Shown here in pieces: positions 14,071 through 24,565 of a DNA stretch of 64,000 bases. Each line of letters starts with the position of its first letter. Position 1 is the stretch's first letter. Below the pieces are notes generated by a model, which had not been told where the DNA came from, searched no databases, and saw nothing but the letters and a program-made list of their open reading frames with translations. The DNA is from Zygnema circumcarinatum SAG 698-1b (lineage: Eukaryota > Plantae > Zygnematophyceae): contig CM074810.1 of the NCBI GenBank assembly GCA_037447605.1, positions 1,956,880 to 2,020,879 on the forward strand. The letters are read 5' to 3'. The position numbers and the translations under genes are program-made.

Positions 14071-14436
14071 GGGTGGTCTTTCAAAAGTTTTCAGTTGCCA
14101 GCTGACGGAAAGAGTCCGTTGCAGGCCGCAGAGCAGGTTCAAACGCTTGCTCACTCCAATGGGGGTAGGGGCTGCAAGGGAGGGAGGGAGGCACAGGAGA
14201 CAGGAAAAAAATATAGCAAACATTGCAGCAAGTTTTTATTTTTTCTGTGGAGTGGATTCTACTATGAATCTGGATCACTCCGATGTGTAGCACTCCTGCA
14301 CATGCGAGCAAGCGAAAGCAAAGATGACATCTTTTGAGCAACTCGAGGCAATTCTCTCGCTCTTTGCCTCCCTCCTTGCTACCGCGCGAAAAATGTATCT
14401 TAATATTTTTATCTATATTTTCTTGTGGGAGACGTA

Positions 14437-17400
14437 ATGGACAAGCAGCAGGAAAGAAGGATTGTGAATATGATGCATGAAATGGTTTTCAAGAGCTCGC
14501 GGAGATGTTCTCCTTCAATGTATCTCCTGGATATTATTTTCTGCATCCTGTCCGTGTACCGATTGGCTAATGTGCCATTTCAGCCGTCTTAAAAGAGAAT
14601 TTTTTGTTGGCAATGGCAATGGCAGGACTTTGGCACATCTCCAGGGCGAAATGAATCCAGGTGAGGCAGCTACTTCTTTCATAGGACGCGGTAAAATCGT
14701 AATTTAGCAGGGATTGGGTGTGTCCAATGTCTATGCATGATGTCAGTTGACTGCGCTTCATAGCAGGTTGGTACAGGCATAGATAGCTCTGCCTGTGTGG
14801 AAAGGAATATGTGACGAGCATATACATGTTCCGTTGAGGATCCCCCTCCCCCAATAGCTTTCTTATTGTGAAACTAAGCGGCAACAAAGAAGCACCCCAT
14901 CGAGATGATTGAATTTTAAGTGATAATTTTCATGTGTTTTTGCATTAATCCTTGCTGAGCAAGCACTGAGACGCAGCCCAGGTCATATGCACGCATCATC
15001 TGCACGTTGCTTCAATTATAAGTTACAACGATGTAGTAAGCTAAAGAATTTGGCAAATATAAGGCTATACTGCATAGCGCTTTTACTTTCTGTGTGATGG
15101 GTTATGGGCGTAGTTCATTCAACACCACTTCAAATACAGTTATTATTTCCATAGAGACTACAAAGAGTTCCAAATTTTCTGTCAGCATAAACTAGTCTAT
15201 AGCTACAGGCTGGTTAGAATGAATAGCGTGTTGATAACTTGTTTCCGTGTTTGTGCTTGATTGCAGGGAGGAATACCTGTTTGCGAATGTTCAGAGCTTG
15301 GACAGCTCCACAAGTTACCTTAATCATGCATTGCAGGCTTTGGGCATACCCACTTTCCAGCGGACAGGAGATGAGAAGGTGAATACCCACCTTTCAACTT
15401 TGATTGTTTTCGTAGTGGCTTTATAGCTTCTCTATGCTAAACTGTTGATACCAGTGATCAATCTACCACTCCGCCATCTCAACCATTCATCCTGTTCTTG
15501 GTGTCTTATATGTCTGTATCCAGGCATCCCTCGTAGGAGCATGCAACTCCATTTACGGATTGCTACAACTACATCACGCTGAGAGAACAAGTCGAGAGTC
15601 GCTGCTGGAGCAACAACATCGGTAATATTCGTTATTCATTTGTTTTTTCCCCTTTTTTTTTTTCCGATTATTTTTTCTGTGCATGAGAGCCGGTATGAGG
15701 GATATGTCGAAGGTAAAAGCACAGGCGCCATATTTCAACACTCATTTCCCCACTCCTTTTCCTCTCACACTACTCTCCCCACTTCTCTGCTTTCTTGCCT
15801 CACTCCCCCCTCCCTCTCTCTCTCTCTCTCTCGCGCCCTCTTTCTCACCCTCTCTCCCTCACATGCGCACGCACACGGAATTTTTCAGTGTCTACTGCAC
15901 TTTCTTTACAGTGGGAAACGAGTAAGAACCAGCATTTTTTTTTTGTTGCTGGCTTGGGCAGGTTGTTAACAGAAATTAAGCTCTTGGACGCGAAATTGGA
16001 GAGAACTAAAGTTCAACTCACAACGAAGGAGAGTGAACTGCAGAGTCAATTTTCTAAGGTTAGGTCAAATGATGGAAGAATTGTATTATGACTAGGGAAG
16101 TGCTGATTATGTCTCTGACAGAAATTGCTTTTTTTTTTCTACGTTTTCTGGATCAGTGACAAACGAGTGCAGAGCGACTCACTGAAATAGTCGTACGGAG
16201 AGATTAAACAGAGTCCTACCCGTGAAGATTAATGCAATGGTAAACCTGGAGAAACCCACGGAATTCGTCATTTTCTATTTCTCTGAATGTTGGACAGGAG
16301 ACGAAGACAAATGCAAACCATCGCGCACAGGTGGAGAAACTTCAAGCTGAGCGTGATGAGTTTCAGAGATTAGCACAGGCTGCACAGGTGCTTATCTTTC
16401 CTTCGCCATTTATACTGACTATGACAAATTGGTAGGCAAAATAGCAAGCGAGAAGCACAAAAAGAAATACAATATTTAACAGCTGTAGCTTCTTTTTTCA
16501 TACGTAAGGAGGAAGGCTGTGTTTTTCGTTTCTGCTCATGGGAAATAGTAATAAGGACATCGTGGATGTTGCAGCAAGTACGGACACAGCAGGCATATGA
16601 GTTGCGGAAGAGGGAGAAGGAGTATGCTCGATTGCAGGTTGTACTATTACCTTCTGCACTTCCCCTACCAACTCTGCACTTCCGACAGAATCCAATCAAC
16701 TACATGCATAATGGCAGCTTTTTTCTGTTGGTGATTTTCAAAACGAGTTGCATCACTTTTGGAGCTTCTCTATGAACGTATCGGCTATTTATCCTTTGTA
16801 GAACTTGTTGACTTAGGAAAGAGGTGATGACTTTGATAAACCGGGGCAAAGTCTGTAATGCATGTGAGCCATGTCCTGTTGCTCTTGGTATTAGATTGCA
16901 GCTTCACTTATCATAGGAGAGAGTTCTCGTCAATTGTTTGAACGTTGAATAAGGCCCACATTCTATTATAAAAGGTTGCGATTGTAGGAAATCCTAATGA
17001 ACACATGCTCAACTTTTGCACCTTCTCCCGAACACGGCATCCTGCAGGAGAGACTAAGTGCGCAACTCGCGGATAAAAAGGAGAGAAGCAGAGCAAGCAT
17101 TGAAGTTATCAAGCCAGTGCAGGTCAGTGAGGGCCAATGGAGCACCAATCCTTTGCCCTTCTGCACATCAAATGCTTACATGATCAAGTGCATACTAATG
17201 AATACTAATGCATCCTATTGTGAACAAGCAGAAGGAGGGCAGGCAGCGTGCTACATGGGGTGGGAAGCCTGACGAGGCAGATTTTTACCACAAGCTTGTA
17301 AGGTTCATAGACTTTTTGTTATTTGTGAAAATGCAGAAAGTGTAGCTTGTCACTGGAAGATGTTTGAGGAAAAGGGTGACTATAGACATTGAATTGAAGG

Positions 17401-20400
17401 GTTGAAGAGGTTGCACTCGATTTACTTCCCAGTGGGTTGTTTGCATGCGGAAGCAGGTGGATGTCTATGAAGCCAAAAAGGTGAAACTGCTCGAAGAGAA
17501 TGAGGATCTGAAGGCAACACTGAGAGCGGTGCAGGTAATAACCAGTAACGGGTCTACTTCATCAAGACTGTTAAGCACATGCTTCTTTAAAATCCATAGA
17601 AAATTATGCTTATTTTTTCCACTACTAGATCAATGCTGCTCCCTTTGGCAATGAACTATCAGATAGGAAAAATAAAAAAAGAAATAGACAAATTTGTTGG
17701 GCGCAGAACGAATGAATCAATTTAGGACAGGGACTGGTATGTACCTTTAAGAGTGAATTTTGATGAAGCAATTACTGCACTTCATTAAGCTTGTTTCCGG
17801 CTGTTCCGAGTTCGTTTTTTGAAGTTGAATGAATTTCACAGTCAGGCATCTCCTCCTTGCTCTGAACCGAATACAGAAGGAGAGCATGAAGGTTGAACAC
17901 ACTAGAGATCTGTAATGGTTCATTGCATTGCTGTTTCTGTGATCATGATCTGATTCCGAGGCTATCACTTGTTTACTCTAAACTTGTTTTCCTTGACCTT
18001 TTGACACATGCAGCAAGAGGTCCGTCGTTTGGTATCACCTAATAATGAGATAGAGCCACAGCTGTTGAGAGACGAAGAAGGCTCAACACAAGAAATGTAT
18101 TGCGATGACGGGCAAACGGTACAGCTTGAGCCTTTTTCTGGTTAGGTTCGCTAACATTCACAGACATCTTTGATAATAGATTATTTTTTTTTTTTTTGAA
18201 ACTCAACGTGCAACATGAGGATCTTGTTTAGCGTACTCTGACATGAGTGACTGCAATGTCTCTTTCACATGCTGTGCCTTGGGGGGAAGCCACAGGACAT
18301 GTTAAACATGCCTTATCACTTGACAAAGGAGGCAATTGAAGCAAGTCTGCAACAGGACCTCTCTGCCATTCGAGTACGTCCAATCGGTAGTGAAGTTAGA
18401 GCTTCACCTTTTGTGTATATGGAGTGCAGTGTTTCCCGGTGGTTATGCAGTGCAGAGTTCCTTTTTCTGACTCAGGATTGTTTCAGAAAAAGGAACTCTG
18501 CACTCTGCACTCTGCACTGAACTCTCCAAAAGGAACTCTCTTTGGATTGCCATGGAACTCAGAAGGAGATAAGATACGGAACTGCTGCATGCATTTTGTA
18601 CACGGATTAAGTACAGATCGTTTTGAAAACTACGTAGGGATGCAGGTCATGGTTGAGCAAATGCCTTTGATGACTTGGGCAAGAAGGAAAGGTTGCTGGG
18701 TCATAGAAGAGGGGCTCATTTCTGTTTGTGTCGAAGAATGCCAAGTTGAATTGTTAAGGTTGGTGGGTTAAATTAATGACTCAGCAATGTCTTTGGATCT
18801 GTTGGAGATGCACGAATATTCTGACATTGTAAGGCCGTTGACTTTTTACTCTTATTGACCTTTTTGACTTGTGATATGTGATATCAGGAACGATTGGAGG
18901 AGGCTGCCTGGGCTGAGCTTCATCCTGAAACATCCATGCAATTAAGTGGATCGGTGAGCTGAGTTCTAATGTTCTTTTAGCAGCAATCATATGTTCGGTG
19001 ATAAGGAGATGCTGCGCTCCTTGAGAGGAGTGTAATGCACAGGTAGCAATTGAGCTTTTTTGAGAAAGTAATTGAAGTGAGCTCTCAAGATATTGTTCAG
19101 AGAGCATTTACGGCAGACGATGTCAAGCAATTGACTGAATGCTCTTGCTTTATGCAGGTGACAGCAAACGACAGAAGTCAGGAAAATCGATCCAATGGAA
19201 AGATGTAATTTGTGGAGAATTTACCCTGACCCATCTCAGATTCAAGGGCTACTGTATGCTGATAAGGATGCTGCCTCCTATGGACACTTAGGTCTATGTG
19301 ATGCCTAGAAACTGATCAACTCACTGTTGGATTGAGAATCCGTGTTTACATGTAGCATTCAGTAGCAGTCCAGTTGCTGGTTCATGAGAGACCCCTTGGT
19401 ATGGTGCATGCATTTCAGGATGAGAAAACCGTCCTCCATGCGACTCTTGCTGCAGCAGGTGCAGCCTTTTCACCACTGCTTCAAAGCGGAGAGAGCAGAG
19501 AGAGCAGAGAGAGCAGAGAGAGCAGAGAGAGCAGAGAGAGCAGAGAGAGCAGAGAGAGCAGAGAGAGCAGAGAGAGCAGAGAGAGCAGAGAGAGCAGAGA
19601 GAGCAGAGAGAGCAGAGAGAGCAGAGAGAGCAGAGAGAGCAGAGAGAGCAGAGAGAGCAGGAGAGCAGAGGGAGCAGAGAGATCAGGAGAGCAGAGAGAG
19701 CAGAGAGAGCAGAGAGAGCAGAGAGAGCAGAGAGAGCAGAGAGAGCAGAGAGAGCAGGAGAGCAGAGAGAGCAGAGAGAGCAGAGAGAGCAGAGAGAGCA
19801 GAGAGCAGAGAGAGCAGAGAGAGCAGGAGAGCAGAGGGAGCAGAGAGATCAGGAGAGCAGAGAGAGCAGAGAGAGCAGAGAGAGCAGAGAGAGCAGAGAG
19901 AGCAGAGAGAGCAGGAGAGCAGAGAGAGCAGAGAGAGCAGGAGAGCAGAGAGAGCAGAGAGAGCAGAGAGAGCAGAGAGAGCAGAGAGAGCAGGAGAGCA
20001 GAGGGAGCAATCCTTCTCGCAAAGGTGCAGTCTGCGGTACTTTACTTCTGCCGCTTTAACTCCATGCCCCATTTTCTAATGCACAGTTTATTGTTTTTGT
20101 GGTTTGTTATACCTTCTCTATGTGAGCAGTTGGACGAAGAGCGACAAGCAGTACGAAAACTTGCAGTCCGATTGGATGAAGAAACTGTGCGGCTTGCAGA
20201 AGTCCGGAACACTTTGTCTGTAAGTGACCCGCTGCCTCTGCACTGCTTCCATAGCTCCGTCTCTTTATTGAGCTCCGAGATTGTGACTTAAAAGAGGGGG
20301 GGGGTTCGAACACATGGACTGCAACAATGCAGGTGTATATAAGATTGCGATCATTAGAACATTTTGAAACATGTCGATTGATCATGTAGGGAAGTTGCGG

Positions 20401-21038
20401 TTGTGCGACTCGCACATGTTTTCAAAAGCCAAAGTAATGGAGTAGAGCTGAAGAAGGCTTTCAATACATGAGCTTGATGGTAGATATTTCATTTGGGGGG
20501 AATCAGTACTCACAATATGGTTGGTTGTAGATTCGCAGACAACCTATCAAAGTTTCTCCATAGTTTATTTATCTTGTTTGCTTCATTTTTTCATTTTCTT
20601 CTTGTCTTTCTCCATTTATGTCTGTCTGTCTGTTGCACAGGGTGAACAAGTTGTCCTTGCTGCCTCTCGGGAGCTTTGGTCTCACCGTATTAGTGAGCAG
20701 AAGTCAGAGGTAAACATTCAATATCAGAAAGCCCTCTCCCTCCCCTCCCTTCCACTACAAACATAGCACAATTTCCTAACCCTTTAGCAGCTGCTTCAAG
20801 CTGAGTTTCTTAAAATTCCAGCTAAAACGACTTACATAGCGGGCTTTGAATTATGTGAAAATGTGAGTGAGGAAGTGTCCATATTTGGTGGTTTCAGTCT
20901 TCTGTTGCTGGGCTGACTGTTCAGTGTCCATCGAGATTTGTACATTATGCTTTTATTTGTGCTATGTTTGTGCAGGAGTTGAGTAACGATTTGGATTTAA
21001 GAGAGAGCAGATCGAGTGCCAAGAACGGCCCAATCTGA
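14437..21038 (+). CDS. Afadin/alpha-actinin-binding (ADIP/SSX2IP/Msd1-like) coiled-coil protein; start codon uncertain
   Basis: In-phase exons from 15267: EEYLFANVQSLDSSTSYLNHALQALG, ACNSIYGLLQLH, VEKLQAERDEFQR, QVRTQQAYELRKREKEYARLQ, ERLSAQLADKKERSR, KEGRQRATWGGKPDEADFYHKL, VDVYEAKKVKLLEENEDLKATL, DMLNMPYHLTKEAIEASL; stop TGA at 21036-21038. ATG 14437 with a donor at 14520 fits the phase but is tentative. Confidence 0.85.
19489..20008. repeat. Intronic 9-bp minisatellite (AGAGAGCAG)n with variant units
   Basis: About 520 bp tandem array inside an ADIP intron (donor ~19479, acceptor ~20128). Confidence 0.95.
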
Positions 21039-21262
21039 CTGTGCCCATGAAGCCATACATACATAGCTGTACGGACTTCAATTGCAGGTCTCCCCCTCCC
21101 CTCTTCAACAGCGAAGGGGGGCTCCCTCCGTCGGTCTGTTGCATGATGTACGGACGCTCCCTTGAAGGGCATCTCAGTATGTTAAAAAAACGCTCATGCA
21201 CATTCTTCTGTATAGCGTTCAGCGGGATTTTAGAAAAAAAAAAAAAAAAAAAAAAATTGTAG

Positions 21263-21384
21263 AAATGGCATTGAACCCGCGATGGTGAGGCCATAAAATG
21301 TACATGGACAAAAGCAGCTTGGGGAACCACGAAGAAAAGGCCGCAAAGGACCTAAGCAGACAAGAAAAAAGCTTGGAGCGGAAA
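21263..21384 (+). repeat. Dispersed intergenic element, copy B
   Basis: AAATGGCATTGAACCCGCGATGGTGAGGCCATAAAATGTACATGGACAAAAGCAGCTTGGGGAACCACGAAGAAAAGGCCGCAAAGGACCT...; similarity to copy C extends to GGAGCGGAAA. Confidence 0.85.
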
Positions 21385-22740
21385 TTTAGGATTTTAGGGT
21401 TTGGGATTATGGAAAGGAAGGTCGGAGGTCCTCTCACTCTTGAAGGCTGTCCTTGTGCAGCCTCGTCCATAATTGAAAATAATATTTATTTTTTCTTTCT
21501 TGAAAGCATAATAACGTGAAATACAGGAAACTATAAGGTGTTCACATTCTTCAGTTCTGTTTTGGAAAGCTGTTGCTGTCATATGTCATGGTGTTCCTTT
21601 TTGAATGCCACGTGTCAATACTGGCAGGCGCTAAAGGTTCGTTTTCATGGTTCAAATTTCATAGAACTTTGCGGATGTGAGTTCACACGTGCGGACGGTT
21701 TTCATTCAACCGGTTGGAGGAGGTTTCTCGCCCTCGCCCTCGCCTTGAATATGGAAGAGTTTCCAACTCTGCCATTCAACCAATTATTGAATTGAATGAA
21801 GTTGGACCTTGAAAAATAAGACGGTTGAGAATTTCACCAATCAAAGGTCTTGGATGTTCAAAACGAAACCTATCAAAATCAGTTTCTCAAATGAAAAAGT
21901 GTCTTTGTTTTTGTTTCCCTTTTTCTTTTGAGAAAACCAAGTTTTGTTCAAAATAAATCCTTAATGAAACCAATTGAACATTGAACAATTAACCATCGGT
22001 TGTTTTCAATTTGAGTCTACTTTGCATCCACGGATCAACAATGAGATTCTGGCGAACCGCAAAGCAGATCCACTTGCGATCAAAGTTTTGCAGACCGTAC
22101 GCACGAGTACGGACTTTTGTCCTTTTCACAAATGTACAGTTTTGTTGAAGATCTCGAACAGTTACATGTGCGAATAAACCACGAACCGTTCACTAGCATG
22201 TAGGTGGTATAATTTATAGTTTAACTGGAACTGCGTATAAAACGGGACGGGACGGAGGCAACTACCCATGTGACTGACGATCTACCCAATGTCGTAGCTC
22301 CCCTCGCTCCCGCCCCGCCCTCTCCCTCTTGTTTTTTCTCTCACTCTCGCTCCTCTCTCGCACTTACGTTCCTGCCTCGGTGCTTCTTTTTCTGCCCCTC
22401 CTGCCCCTCCTTCTCTTCTTCTTTCTTCCTGTACCCGATTTTCTCCTCCGTTGCCTTCGCCCTACCATCTCCCTTTATTTCCTCTGACAGCTTTCCTTGT
22501 TTTTGGCCTTTCTCTTGCCCCTTCTCTCCTTTCCTCCATTCTCCTCTCTCCTCCCCCTCTCCACCCTACCCCTCCCTCCCTCTCCCTCCCTCCTCCACCC
22601 CCCCTTCTCCCTCCTCCCCCACCCCCCTCCCCCCCCCGGTCCCCCTTCCCCCTCCCTTACCCAAGGAAAAAAACAGACGACCCTAATTTTTTTAAAAAAC
22701 CCTAAAACTCCAATGCCTCAAAGGCCCTAAACCTTCCCCC

Positions 22741-24344
22741 ATGAACCCTGTGGGCTCCCTCACGAACTTGGCGGGCCCCGAGTCCAAGAAAAAGCGCGTT
22801 GCTTATTTCTATGACTCGGATATAGGGAATTATTACTATGGGCAGGGTCACCCCATGAAGCCCCATCGCATCCGCATGACCCATAGCCTTTTAATCAATT
22901 ACAACATCCATTCTAAGCTTGAAATTTTCAAGCCCTTCCCGGCAAGAGATAAGGACATGTGCCGTTTCCATGCGGACGATTACGTTGAGTTCCTGCGAAC
23001 GGTGACACCGGAGAACCAGCATGACCACCTCCGTCAGCTGAAACGGTTCAATGTTGGGGAGGACTGTCCCGTGTTCGACGGACTCTATCAGTTTTGTCAG
23101 ACATACACGGGGGGCTCCGTCGGGGGCGCCGTTAAACTGAACCATGGACACTCGGATATTGCGATAAATTGGGCGGGCGGTCTTCACCATGCTAAGAAGT
23201 GCGAGGCCTCGGGGTTCTGCTATGTGAACGATATTGTGTTGGCTATTTTGGAGCTGCTCAAGTATCATGAGGTGAGCAAGGATCTTGGAAATCCTAAAAA
23301 TCGCATTAAAATTTTGACAAAAAAATGTATTTTTGGGTCCCTTGAAGCGCTTCAATTTCAGTTTCTACTCTGTCATGGCCTTAAGAATTTAGAATAAGTT
23401 GGGGGTTTAAAAGGTCTTCAGCTCTTGAAATCAGCTTTTCCTAAGAAGACTCTTGCCTTGGAGGTCTTGGAGTATTTAAAGTCTTTAAAGCTTATGGGAG
23501 TCTTTTTCGTAGAGTCTGTAAGCTTCTTAGGGATCACGATAGTTTGAGAACGCTGAAAACATAAGAGCTCTATGCTCTTGTGTTCAGGAACTGATTTTTT
23601 TTTTACCTTTCTCTTATAATTCTGGTCCGTATGTCATCAAACCTCACTTTCTAGATTCGGGGATTTGACTTTTTGAAGTACTTCAAGTGCTACCACTAAG
23701 AAAAACAAAGCGACAACTTCCATTGACCCTTACGAGACTTTGATAATCCTGGAAACCTTAATTCCAACAGCTTCAATACCGTAAAAAATAAGAAAAGCAT
23801 CGCTGTTACTTTGGGTGCCTATTCACCTTCTGGTGTTCTTTGCATGCACATTCACAGCGTGTGCTGTATATCGATATCGATATTCATCATGGGGATGGAG
23901 TGGAGGAAGCCTTCTATACCACAGACCGAGTCATGACTGCCTCCTTCCACAAATTCGGAGACTATTTTCCGGGAACAGGTGAATCGCTTGACGTTAACTG
24001 AATTAGAAACAAAAGAAAAATATCGAACCCCACGAATTTTACAAAGTTGGGTTTGGCGTGGTGTGAGAGGGGTACGAGGAATGGGGGAAGGGAAGGAGGG
24101 GGGGAGGGAGCAAGGAGGTTATCCTACAAGGGTATTGTCGCTAGAGTGTTTGTGCTAATGGCGGTCGCGCTCTTGGAAGACAACGTAGCGTTTTTCTCGG
24201 AGAGGGAATGTATTTGGGTTTTTACTTATTTTTCGATTTGAAGCGAGAGGCGGTGCCAAAGGGGGAAGGGGGGGGTGGGAGGGAGGATCTTAAAGAGACG
24301 CAGGTTACATAAAATAACTACTTGTGCGCGCCTCCGAGGGAAGG

Positions 24345-24395
<51 letters not shown>

Positions 24396-24493
24396 GATTA
24401 AGAGAGAAATAGGGAGAGAGGATCTGTTTGGACAAGTTGTCCCATTCGCCCTCTCCCCCTTCTCGCTCCACACGGGGAGGGGGGGTGAGAGAG

Positions 24494-24565
<72 letters not shown>

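Noticed and set aside
13640-14290. 216-aa ORF between NHX and ADIP
   Set aside because: Non-ATG start, no recognisable domain, and it overlaps a motif-dense promoter region.
19374-20291. 305/231-aa ORFs with RES/AER/EQR repeats
   Set aside because: They are translations of an intronic minisatellite; the flanking ADIP exons splice in phase around it.
21630-22010. AACCG/CGGTT-rich possible TE remnant upstream of HDAC
   Set aside because: Too degenerate; I could not define termini or a second copy.
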